Below, piece by piece: positions 13,369 to 25,173 of a stretch of 64,000 nucleotides of DNA; within the stretch, counting starts at the first letter, position 1; every line of letters begins with the position of its first letter. Below the pieces are notes generated by a model. It was not told the DNA's origin and made no database searches. It worked only from the letters and a program-made list of their open reading frames with translations. Origin of the DNA: Microthyrium microscopicum. Taxonomy: Eukaryota. The position numbers were made by a program, and so were the translations under genes. The stretch is from NCBI GenBank assembly GCA_010405405.1, contig MU004234.1, positions 1,701,275 to 1,765,274 of the forward strand, read 5' to 3'.

Positions 13369-14049
13369 ATTTTCTCTCTTTCATGTTTAGATATTGTGTT
13401 TGTGCTCTACGACTTGTCAATACGGTGTTTTGGTTATTACACATACCCTGCTTTGCAGACTCCTGAATATATCGAGCGTTCACTGTTCAGTATGTATATC
13501 AGGTTCTTTCCCATACTGCATGCCTACAGCAGAAACTTGCAACTACTGCATAGAGAAAATGTGACATCTTTGTGATACAACACCAGTGATAGAGTCAATT
13601 ACTTGATACCGCAAAAGACAGCTTCCTGTACAGAGAGCTATGATTCAAAACGTCGTCTCACCGTCTCAGAAGAATGTAATCTTTTGGCCACCAGGACTCC
13701 GGGGTAGCCCGCATTATTTAACAAACTTAATTTTGATCCCTCGTGATCTTCAGGCAATGCTTGGTGGTCTTACTCTCAGCCTTGTAGAAGAGAAGGGCTA
13801 GGCTGAACCGAGGCACATGCGGTTATACATCCCGATTGCCCCTCCTGCTTTCCATTGATTCAGATTATGCTACCAATTTTTGACTGCTTGTATTGAGCGG
13901 TAATCAACAGCATTGGTACGATACGAGGCCGGAGACACCATGATATAGAGCATAGCGGAAGAGATCCTCGATCCACCTCCCTCCCATATATCACTATCGA
14001 GCCCAAGAGATTACTAGGATTGCAATAGAAGTACCTCTGCATTGCCAAA

Positions 14050-15013
14050 ATGGCGCCAAAAGTTCTGGTATGTATCTTCGAACTCCAATCTCTTGATATT
14101 GATTTCGTCATTTCTAACGATTGCTAACGAGTTTTAGCTATTCGACATAGGCGGTGTCTGCGTAAGCCTCTCCCACCACTATAACAATCGCAATCTCACC
14201 GTCTAGGTCGTCTCCCCCTTTCAAGCCATCCTCGACTATGAAATCGCGAACGGCATCCCACCTGGCTACATCAACGCAACCATCCAAGCCCGCTCACCCC
14301 ACGGCGCCTGGCAACAACTCGAGCGCGGCGAACTCATCCTCGACGATGCCTTCTTCAATACCTTCGGTGCCGAGCTCAACGACATGACACACTGGCGCAA
14401 CTACTGTCGCAAAGCCGCCGCGGTCCCAAAAAGCCAAACAACAATGCAGGGATTACTAGTGGAGTATGGTGCGGATTCACAGGGCGTGCTGCGCAAGCCG
14501 ATTATCGACTCGAAGACGATGTTTTGGAATATGATGCGCATGAGCAGACAGCCGGATCCGTGGATGTTCCCGGCGCTGGTTAAGTTGAAGAATAGTGGGC
14601 GCTTTGTGATTGCTGCGTTGTCGAATACGATTGCGTTTCCGAAGGGTGTGATGGATGAGACTGGGGCGGTGTTTGAGTCTGGGTTGAAGAACGCTGCGGG
14701 TGAGGCGGTGGGTCAGATTCGGGACTCTTTCGATACGTTTGTGTCGAGTGCGCATGTTGGGTTGCGCAAACCACAGCGGGAGATCTATGACCTCGCTATC
14801 GAGGAATCGAATAAGATCGCTGCGCAGAAGGGCTTGGGAAAGGTCGAGGCCAAAGATGTGCTGTTTTTGGATGATATCGGGACGAATCTGAAGGCGGCCA
14901 AGGCCATGGGTATGGGGACCATCAAAGTGACGCTCGGCAAGTCGAAAGATGCCGTCCGCGAGTTGGAGAAGGCGGTAGGCATGAGTTTGATAGACGAGTC
15001 CAGTCGACTGTAG
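14050..15013 (+). CDS. HAD-superfamily hydrolase (epoxide-hydrolase N-terminal phosphatase-like) with C-terminal PTS1 -SRL; introns about 14068-14138 and 14162-14206
   Basis: Spliced start MAPKVL|LFDIGGVC|VVSPFQAI gives HAD motif I. Also ALSNT (motif II), SAHVGLRKP (motif III) and FLDDIGTNLKAA (motif IV). Ends SSRL*. Confidence 0.88.
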
Positions 15014-15059
15014 ACAAACCAATCCACACCATGGAACATAACATCCTGATTCCAACTTC

Positions 15060-15785
15060 TCATCCAAGCATGCTCTTCTTTCTCCCCCTCTGCCTAACCT
15101 CATCCAACTTCTTAACCACACCCTTCGCCCCTTTATACCCATCCGCGTATACCCTCAAAACCTCCCCAAACAGTCCCTCCGCCTGCGGATGTGTACTCAC
15201 AAATGCTCGCTCCAACACATATAAATCAACCGCCCGATCCTCCTCCTGCACACTCATAACCGCAAGCCCAAAATCAATCACCACCACATCGCCCTCCAGC
15301 CCCTCCTCACTCTCCACCATGACATTACTCGTCGTCAAATCGCCATGAACCACACCAACACCATGTAACTGTGCAATCGCCTTTCCCATCCTCCCCATAA
15401 GTCCCTTGACCTCCAATCCCTCACTACTCCCAACATCATCTCCATGAGCCTTCAACCACCCATCCAACGCATGTCTCACCGTCCGTCCAGCAATCCACTC
15501 CAGCGCCAACCACCCCTTCTCCCAATCAGCACCCAAGACAGCAGGCACGCGTACACCTTCTCTTGCACAGCGGACGAGGACGCGAGCTTCGGCGAGGATG
15601 CGGGCGCGCGTGAGACGGGCGTCGAGGGATGCGTGGCGGTATGTTTTTGGGGGACGGATTTTTAGGGCGGTGGGGGTTGAGGGGGTGAGGAAGGTGGTTT
15701 TGTAGACGAGTGCTTCGGCGCCTTGGGTTATGAGGGTTAGATCTGATGGGTTGAAGGGCGACGGCGGGATGTGGATGGTGGACAT
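15060..15785 (-). CDS. BUD32: EKC/KEOPS complex kinase Bud32 (TP53RK)
   Basis: ITQGAEA, KxRPPKxYRH, VHGDLTTSN, IDFGL, EDRAVDLYVLERA and the C-terminal RGRKKSMLG. Confidence 0.95.
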   Translation of the reverse strand: MSTIHIPPSPFNPSDLTLITQGAEALVYKTTFLTPSTPTALKIRPPKTYRHASLDARLTRARILAEARVLVRCAREGVRVPAVLGADWEKGWLALEWIAGRTVRHALDGWLKAHGDDVGSSEGLEVKGLMGRMGKAIAQLHGVGVVHGDLTTSNVMVESEEGLEGDVVVIDFGLAVMSVQEEDRAVDLYVLERAFVSTHPQAEGLFGEVLRVYADGYKGAKGVVKKLDEVRQRGRKKSMLG

Positions 15786-17260
15786 TTTGAGATGGTGTGG
15801 TTGTTGTTGTTGTTGATGGGGTGGAGATGTGTTGTGCTGGTGTTGAGGATGGCAGTTTTTGTGTGGGGTCGGGATTGAATTGAGAATTTTGGGGATACTT
15901 TTATTTTGAACAAATCTATGATTAAATTACTGGATATTGAAAATGATCTAGTTTCAGTTGTAACGATCACTTCTTGTATCAGGCTTTTTAAGGGGACCAA
16001 CTCGACATAATCCACGTTTGAATCAAAAACAACCTGAATGTGAACACTACTACTGAGTACCTACTATATAGTATTCAATGTCTAATCATTCTTAGGTAAC
16101 TTGAAAATGAACCAATTTCTCCACAACTATACCTTAAAGATTTGTTTCTGCCACTACGGTAATTTCGCGGTCTATCTGATCGAGATTTCAGGAGCAAAAC
16201 ACTTCGACCAGCCAGTAGAGTATTCTGGCGTTGATGTTTCTAGTACCGCAACAAATGGAACATGTTTGTGGACCCACTTACGACAATTCACAAGACATCA
16301 ATGTCGTACAATGAATAACCTGCCCCCCGTTGACCGCTTTTGCAGACAATCGATGAGCGATCGCAGAAACTGCGAGTGGTTGTCCTAGTGAGCTCGAGCA
16401 CAAGCGGTGATTGAACCGCGATCAGAAACTGAGCCAGTCAAACAGTCAACATTCAACTGAAGAGGAGAATACCTCGCATTCGCTAGAAAGAGAACAAAGC
16501 AGAGTGAAGTAGGTACCGTAATGGGTTCAGGAGTGAAATTGTTGTTCAAAGCTTGCTGATCAACTTTTCCTGCCCCTCAACCATACCGTATCCTTTCTGA
16601 CACGACAGCTTGACACCTTCTCTCTCTCTCCAATTCGCTTCCTTGACCATCATCATCAATCCTTCATCAGTTGATCAGCCTGGGACGAATTGACTCAACT
16701 GTAGTGCTAGTAGTTGACAATATCAGCGACAGATCGCTCAAAAACACCCCTGGACGCGCGGACAAAATAACCGGCCCGCGCCCATCAGCCACGATATTTA
16801 CCATCCTCTTTTCGAGGCACAAGGTTGATTTCTGTCATCTTCGATAGATTGTAGCCTGTTCTATTCGTTCAGCTAGAGATCAAAGTCTTGGTGGCTCTCA
16901 TCGACGCTGTAGAGGCCACAGATTGCGATCTCCACACTGAAGAGTCAATTGGCAGTCACGACACGAGTTCCATCGCAGGTGCTCTACTACAGACTACAGT
17001 AGGTAGTTAACCTCAGCCCCTGCTGTACAACTTCACTTCAGATACAGCTTCAATCATCCTCCAAGCGAGATGACAACTAGTTGAGTGTTCGATAAGTATC
17101 CGCCGCTTTGCTCACCATCCACTCTGTACTCAACCAAAGACATTCCTGGCACCCATTGACTCCAATTACTCATCTTTCGACATTCCAAGGGACAACTACT
17201 ATTTTCAACGCCTGATGTTTCACACACCGGCTGCTATTCACACACCAAAGGCTTAAGATT

Positions 17261-19334
17261 ATGGCACAGAAGCCAACTGCTGCCCTCCCAGACTACATCT
17301 CGCTCAATTCTCCTGATCATCTCAGCCCAGCTCCGACCATGAACAGTCAAACCTCCAATCCAAACGAGTATCCTCAACAGTTTACTACAGCAAGCTGGGA
17401 ACTCTTATTGCAAGATGCCATGACCAACTCAGGCACTGGCCTAAAACTCAATGAGGTGAAAGCGCCGATCTCTGATCATCCCATGACAGACGCTCCGCCC
17501 GAAAGTAAGCCCACAGCGACAAAGGATCCTAGACTAGCTGCTCGAGAGAGTTCCGCCGGAGCACAGAATACAGGTGATCATCTGGCTTTTATTGCCAATG
17601 ATACACAACGTAAGACCTCGAATGGGGCATCCAACGGCGATTATAACATGTCAGATGTCAATGCTACCGCGGGCGCAGAGCGTGCCGAACCACCAAAGCT
17701 AGAATCAATACCTCAGTTTATGCTATTTGGAAGATCGGAAGACGAACTAGACAATGTCATCTCCAAAAAGAGCCTGCTGCAAATGCCCGACATGGTCCTA
17801 CGCCGACTAGCTGCTAAAGGCGAGATCAGTGGCCCTTCTATCACGATGAAAAACTACTCACAGGCGCCTTCTATGATACGTATGAAAGGATATCTCGACA
17901 ATAGGAAATATATTCCCTTCAAACCACGAACACCACTGCAGTACATGACGCCAGGCGGGGCTGTCATTACATGGGAACGTGTGGCTTTCAAGCCAGAAGA
18001 AGCATTAAGAGCCGTACAAGTCACTCAAGAGACAGAAAAATTGTTGGAGGCCGAGATCGATCTCTACTTCTTTGCGAAAGATCTCAACTATGACGACCTT
18101 CGCAAAGCCTCTATGGACAATATTATATATCAATATCCGAAGAGCGTAAGAGGGATTTGGACACTGGTAGAACTTGTGTTTACAAAGGCACACAGCGCTG
18201 ACGATAGACTTCGACGACATATCATCGACCTTATTGAAGCTAACCGTAAGATATCCCTTTCATTCATCCCAAATAATTTACGAGTCGAAACTAGACTTAC
18301 GTCCCATCCGCTCTGCTAACCACATCTTCTACGCTCCTCCTTATCCATGTCAATACCTGACAGCACAGCTCATGAGAAGTCTATGCTAACCATGTCCAGG
18401 CAAGGAACTGACCTCACTACCTCCCTACGTCCAAACCATGCTGCGATATGTCACGACGAAGACCCAGCTTGGCCAGACACTATTAGATGCATTCGTTCGT
18501 GGCGCACAAGATGCCCATAAACAAGTAGCCGAACTAAAGACGCGAGAACAAGCACTCAAATCACAAGCAAAGAACACTGCAAATGAGAAGGAATCTGCAC
18601 GTCCTCAAGAGCCTCTTATGCGTTCATCTCCACCCACTACTCCCCGAAACTTCACCGAAGAACATTGGCCGCGTAACGTGCTGCATTTCTCGGAACTTCC
18701 TAAGCTCGCAAGCGCTATCAATGAACAATACCTGCTGGTGGCGCTCCGGTAAGACATTCACTACACTGGCTATCATCAGATCCTATGACGACCAAAAAGC
18801 TGGCTGAAATGTCTTGCTAACATTCTCAGATCTGGCTACGGCACATTAGTCCGCAAAGGTCACGAGTATCAGCGTAACAAGTTATTCCAGATTACTCCCG
18901 GCGAGTTGCTAGTCTGCGAACCGCTTAGACCTTCACAAAATCCCAAAAATGTAATGGTAGTCAACGGCAAAGGTGAACGCGGCGATATCCTCAGCTCTCT
19001 CGTTCTCCCAGTGGACGTGTCTCTTGGCATGCCCCAAAAAGTGGCTCACGGTAAGATTATCCCTACTGTGTGCTTGGTATCCCATCGGCTATCCAACTTC
19101 CTATTGACAGCGATGGCCTCTTCGCAAGCATCTCCTTGTCTCTGAATATGTGCTAATGGAACGTGCTCAGAATGGGAGCAACTATCTTCAGAGCCCCCTT
19201 CGCGTCTAGGAGATATGCGCGACCGCGAACGTCGAGAGTCCAGAGAATTCAAGACTCCTGGCATTCCAGACCGCGAACAGCGTATTTACCACCAGGACCG
19301 TCGTCGGTCTCGATCTCCAGGCGGCCGAAACTAG
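17261..19334 (+). CDS. Hypothetical multi-exon protein (introns about 18246-18399, 18749-18829, 19051-19170)
   Basis: Long first ORF with a low-complexity N-terminus and a helical segment (EIDLYFFAKDLNYDDLRKAS) resembling the C-terminal helices of fungal BTB proteins. GTAAG donors and GCTAAC branch points join three further exons ending ...RRRSRSPGGRN*. Confidence 0.65.
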
Positions 19335-20298
19335 AGGGATAGGCCATGGTGATGAAGATATTCTTAACTTTGCATTCTTAGCGATACAATTTTATAAAAA
19401 GGTGACGGGAATATATGCTAGGGTGGTAGAGACGAAGATGTTAGAGTCGAAGATTCTAGAGCCGAAAATGCGAGAAACGAAGAACGAAAAAGGGACGTGT
19501 ATGGCATCTGCAGTATGATTTGCCGATTAACTTACCTGAATTTATCAAGGTAGTAGATGAAGAATTAATACACAATTGTAGTTGACTTCCATGTTTCTCT
19601 AACTGGTGCTCTCGCTAAACAATTGCATACACCGCCGTCAGAATCCTCATAGAGTTGTTGCTTAGAGTAGAGTACTACACAGGTACTAGCAAGTTCCCGA
19701 GATATAGCATTAAATAGGGAAGAAAAACAAGTCCCCTGAATCAGGCTGAATCTCAGCCTTTTAGATATTGTGCGTGAATCCTTCAGCCTTGCCAAGACTG
19801 ATTGATTGCTGCCGATCAGGAACCATCTCCAATCACCTGCGTTACGAAATAGATCATTGCTAGTGAATTTTGCTGTGTTCGTGCTTGTTCAGACATGCAC
19901 TGGTTGTACCAAAATCGACAGTGAACACGCAAACACTTGTACAATGGGCAATCTGCCGACATGGAGAGAGTAAGTTAGCAGCAAAGGACCATTGGCAAAG
20001 TACCATGAGTAGATCAAAACTAGAGTGTTTGAGCAAAATCGATTGGAAAGCAAAGCAATTGACACTCGATAATAAAGTCTGGTAGATAGTAAGGTACATT
20101 GCAGAAAGGAGAACGCAATACGTCCTGTCCTGTCATCAAACCTCCAAGCAGTTAAACGCCAATCCCCAGTCCCATACCATCCATGCCACGCATAAGGGAG
20201 TATTACCATAACATCGTAAGCCGCAGCGCATACAAAAGCACAATACAAGATGACAAGCAAGAACCCCGCGTCTCGTTATCAGTCCAGGCAGAAATAAA

Positions 20299-21725
20299 TC
20301 AGACTTGAGTAGTCTGCGCCACTTCCTCCGTAGTTCGTACTCGACTCTTACTCCGACTCTCCTCTTCCGCCGATGCCGTCGACAAATTCGAGCTCAAGCT
20401 ACGACCGCGTTTCTCCCTCGGTTTGACCTGCACGGCTTCCCAAGTCGTGGTCTCCTCCTCACTTTCTTCGCCTTCGTATCGGCCCAATACCTCTTCTTCC
20501 TCATCCCATTCGTCTTCCAACGCATCTGCTCGATCACCAAGCCAATAACGGGCCCGTTTACGAGCGCTGAAATCGGCGCTCTGGCGATGTCTTTTCTTCG
20601 AATCTGGCGTGGCTGCTATTAGATCATCGTCATCATCATCTTCGATGTCAGGGAAGGTTGGAGAAAGCGCGCGGATGTAGAGATAGCAGACGCGCTTGCG
20701 GGCCTTGTTGAAGAAAAAGTAATGGAGACTCCATAGGGCGATTTCTTCGTCGTCAAAGGGGTTTTCGTCGGGCTTGTAGCTGTAGATTTCACAATCGTAC
20801 AGATCCATTTCGTCGTTGATGTAATTCCACATCCCTGGAAGAGATATTGTCAGCAAATGAAATATCAATAATCCGTGAATCGAGGAGGGTCGCGCTCCCA
20901 TCAAGAGCATTGGTAGACCTTGCAATTGCTGGGAGGGCGCTCTTTTCATGTGAACTTACCTGGACCCCACATAGCACTGCCACCAGGCGTCTGCAAACCT
21001 CTAGGAATGCGCGCTGAATGTGCGCTGTATACTTTTGAGTCCACACTACTCATCACATCATTAAGTCTGCGCTCGTGGCAGAAGTCAGATGGTCGTAGCA
21101 CACTCGAAAAGTCATAATCTGGATGGCTCGCATTTAAGGTAGCGATCATGTATGAATAAGTGCGCCTGTTCGAACCCTGGCTCAATGTACCAAAAGGCGA
21201 CGACTGCGAAAGATTTGAGCTCTTAGCAAAGATCTTAGCTTGCGGTGCCGAAAGTGACGCAGCCAGTCGGAGAAGCGACTCGTGTTTCGATTGTAAACTG
21301 GTGTCGATCTTTTTGTACAGTTTCTTATCGGCTTTGCCGGCTTTGGTAGTGTAAAGATCGCATCCTCCGACAACACGGGTGCCATCGCTCTCGAAGCTGA
21401 GAGCCGAGCTGACATCTTCGAAGGTTCGGAGTGATATATACTACTGCTAGTTAGCAACGAGTTCCATAAACAAGTCATGTCGTCAGATGCATCATCGCCC
21501 AACAACTACGGCATGCGCTGGCTAATGCTTCCGGAGCCAACCAGTATGCTTTACTTCCCAGCCCTTACTTCTCATCGGATCCGTATGAAAAGGATTGTTT
21601 CATCGAATTCGATGGCAAGGTTGGTGCTTTATTGTTGTGCAGGCAATAGGAGCCAATGTAGCTAATGGAGACAGGGGAATGATGCGCCGCGAATGTCTCG
21701 GAAAGGCTTGGGTGTTTACCTTCAT
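20299..21725 (-). CDS. MAF1: Repressor of RNA polymerase III transcription Maf1 (exon 1 = ATGAAG; introns 21441-21719 and about 20835-20959)
   Basis: MK|YISLRTFEDVSSALSF, GGCDLYTTKAGKADKKLYK, RRTYSYMIATLNASHPDYDFS, CEIYSY, LWSLHYFFFNKARKRVCY and an acidic tail. Confidence 0.92.
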
Positions 21726-22882
21726 TGCGACGTTGTACAGAAATGTTTCGCGTTGGTCGTTTGCCGGATCGTTTGCCGGATCGTTTGTTTCCGCAAGGAC
21801 TACAGCGTAGCAGGGAGGTATTTGAAGGGAATGGTAGGCGGTTGTCGTGATGCGCGAGCGTTCGTAACGGAAGATAGGAGTCTTGGCAGCAGGTCTCGAC
21901 GGGCTGGCAAGTCGCGGGAATCGGCTAGACGATTAGTCTAGCAGTCGACGGAAGACATGTCAGATGAGTAAAAAGTAGAGAGTGTAAGTGAAGGAGAAGT
22001 CAACGAAATGACTTGGGGAGGAGATGTTGTTGTATGTGCTATCACAAGGGGAAGTTAGGTGACGACAAGATGGTCACGTGAGTAGGCTGTGGTTCAATGT
22101 TCGTGATGCGACAACAGCGAATGATTGGAGGGATAGCGTTCCAGGCAACATGCAAGCAATTGCTGAGAAGTCGAGAGACAAATGCGCTAGGATAGCGTGG
22201 TGGATAAGCGTTATTGAGTGGTTTTGGGTACTGGTCATACCATGCAATGTGCATGTCCCATATACAGGCTAAATGCCCTGGTGTTCCAAGAGTGGGGTCC
22301 AATGCGGGCTCAGTGCCATCCTCTGTGGCAGGCAATCAAAGCAGCAACGTGCACGAGAAATGAAAGTTCATAGGCAATGGGTCTGTGCAAGCTATACTTG
22401 CATCGCAATTGAGCTATCTGCTTCTGTTTTTGAGAACGATTTCATTGCTTCGTCTAGCATCATTAGCGCATAGTCCTACAAGGCTCCTTACTTCTCTAGA
22501 AGCCCTTATTCTACACACCACCAAAGTACATGATCCTACAACATGTACTTCAGCAGTATTTGTTTCTCCACCGCACGCCGTGGGGACCGAGTCTCAATCG
22601 AATCGAGGGTTTGTGGTGTATGATTGTTGTGGTCGGAGCATCGTCATCCCCGGTATTTCAAGCAAACTGGTTGTCGATTACGACGTGACTATAGGATCCC
22701 AGAGCTCCGGAGATTTTGTTCGACAGCTTGGTGGATCTGCGACAGAGGCGTATTAGCATTAGTCTGGCGACTAAACATCTGTCGTCCTCAGAATCCAGCG
22801 AATGGGGCGTGACGTGGATGAGATGGCCTTGCGGCTCTTGGCTCAAGATATATTTTGTAGGGCATGATTGACTTCAGCAAGC

Positions 22883-23535
22883 CTACATAATCTTGGTAAC
22901 GCCTTCATCCTCGGCCTGATGGCAATGACGGGGAACATCAGCACTCATGGACTCCCAAGGGGTGCAATGACTTGATCAAGCAGGCTGTTCACGTACCTCC
23001 ATATCTTCAAGTCCATCTTGCTGGCTTATACAGCGCAGTACATTCTTCTTACTGCTCTCTTGTAGTTCACCGGCGAGTAGGAGTTCGTCTAGGATGAAGT
23101 AGGCTTTTTGGAAGTTGAAGATGATGTCGAGTTCGCAGACGTTTCCGTAGTACTTGTCCATCTGTTCGACGAATCGGTGGACAATCTCAAGTGTAATGAG
23201 CTCATTGTCGGTAGATTCGCACCCAACAATGAAGAATAGGGAGGCGTAGCGACGATAGACAATTTTGGTATCTGAAGAAGTCAGTCAAGGTGTGGTTGTA
23301 GGCAGCATATTCGCACCTTTGTACTCGAGAAAGTTGCACATGCGCGTTCTCCGGGCCAAGACCAATTGAGACACATCTTTGACAATCTTGGCCTTGTCTC
23401 TGGGAGAAAGTGTGGTGAACCATTTGGCTAGGCGCTAAAATATTCCAGTCAGTGAGAGTGTCTTGGCTAAAGCTGCTTGAGAAGACTCACCACCTTGCCC
23501 TGACGAGAGAGCAGAATAAGGTACTTGATAGCCAT
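22883..23535 (-). CDS. APS1: AP-1 adaptor complex sigma subunit (4 exons)
   Basis: [63 protein letters not shown]. The last exon is [10 protein letters not shown]. Confidence 0.93.
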
Positions 23536-23955
23536 GTTGCGGAGGTGAGGAGGAAGTTGTGAGAGGGAAGCAGGCAGCTCTCGGGTCTTTCAAGGTTGTC
23601 TTCAAAATGTGGTGAGCTTTGAATTGGGCCTGGAATGGGGGACCAAAATCACCGATGCCGCTATATCCAGGGTTAGGGCGGATCCCACCTCACGTAATCG
23701 GATGGGCGGCCTCATCGACTTTAACTTCTGCCCCTCGAATCACTCCAAAGTCCAAACGGACCTGTTGGTATAATAGAGTACCCTTACCAATCATTCTCTA
23801 TACTTAAACCCAGTAGTTGCTTCAGTTTACTGCCCCAAAGCGCATTGCGATTTCGAAATAATTCTTCATTGCCTTTGCGAGCCTGTCAATCCAGAGCATG
23901 AGTCCCAGATCTTAAAGTCAGCACAATGACTTCAGCGACTCCAAACCCAGCAGCC

Positions 23956-24996
23956 ATGAACATCATACTATCCACGTCGTAAGTATATCGTTATGCTCCC
24001 AGATTAGCCAGTGTCTAAGTCTGCAGTAATATAATGGGCAATGGCCCTTCAATCCTTGCCCGAAACTCATCAAAATCCAACGCCGGCAAGTCGCATACCG
24101 CATCCCGCCCCCGATCTATACACTAACACCCATAAGAACTCACCGCTAGCCTACGCGCAAACTTCGACTCCGCCAATACCTCCTCTCGAAACAGCTGGAC
24201 CACACAAGAAGACGCAAAACTCCTAGTCCCTACGCCCCGACCTACGCCTGGTCTCGCCGAAGACCGCGACGCCTACGACATCACTGTCAAACTCTTCTAC
24301 CTTCCACACACACCACCTACAGCACGCTGCCAACATACCCGCGACGCCCTGCAATGCGTGCTCGACGAATTACATATAACTCACGTCGATCTACTTATCG
24401 TCAGTTTCCCCGGGATTACCTTTGACGCCGACGACGAATCAGACGACTTGGAGGAGCTCACTCCAAACTCCACCGTATCCGGCAGCACCTCGCCTGTCAC
24501 CAATGGCACATCATCCACAGATCTACCGACAAATGATACGCCAGAACATATGGACTCGGTAGTCCGGACCTACCGCACATTGGAAGCTCTACACGATGCT
24601 GGTGTGACGCGCGCAATTGGGTTGAGCGAGTTTGGCACGCAGCGGCTAGCCCATGTGCTGGCAGCAGCACGAATAGCCCCGAGCGTAGATCAGATCAATG
24701 TGCGAGATTGCTGTGTTGTGCCACGGCCCCTGATAGTGTACGCGAAGGAGAAGAAAATTGAGCTGTTAACACATAATGACTGCACAGACATATTGCCTGA
24801 AGGTACTCTGCGGGAGCTCTTGGGGCCAGGCGAGACAGGCGCGGGTGTACTGGCTGCGAAAGGCAGCGCGGTTGGGCCAGGTCTGCATGGAGAGGTACGG
24901 CCGCTATGGGTGGTGAAATATACAGCAGTGGTGAAGAATCGAGGCGTAGTGGAGAATAAAGGGTACTTCGCTGCTGCGGATCTGGTGCCGACTTAA
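23956..24996 (+). CDS. Glutamate-cysteine ligase modifier (regulatory) subunit-like, aldo-keto reductase fold; introns 23979-24027 and GC-AG 24086-24136
   Basis: MNIILSTS|NIMG, YDITVKLFY, VDLLIVSFPGITF, IGLSEFG, PSVDQIN(V)RDCCVVP, LLTHNDC and WVVKYTAVVKNRGVVENKGY. An alternative in-frame ATG lies at 23926. Confidence 0.85.
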
Positions 24997-25173
24997 GGAT
25001 GAATAGATTGGTACCATGAGAATGAGAGGTGGACATTTTGATTATCGGTTTATACATCTAGCATTTTACAATGGCGTTAGCAATTAGCATCCACTATACA
25101 CACAAATGTACAAAGCACTTCCCAATGCGTTCTATACTGTACAAATTTCGCTCAATACACACCTGACCCACCA

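Noticed and set aside
21441..21719. Long MAF1 intron 1 as a snoRNA host or stwintron
   Set aside because: No convincing C/D or H/ACA box arrangement and no nested splice-site pattern found.
21757..21787. 12-bp tandem duplication (TCGTTTGCCGGA) in the MAF1 5' region
   Set aside because: Only about 2.5 copies; ordinary slippage with no further evidence of function.
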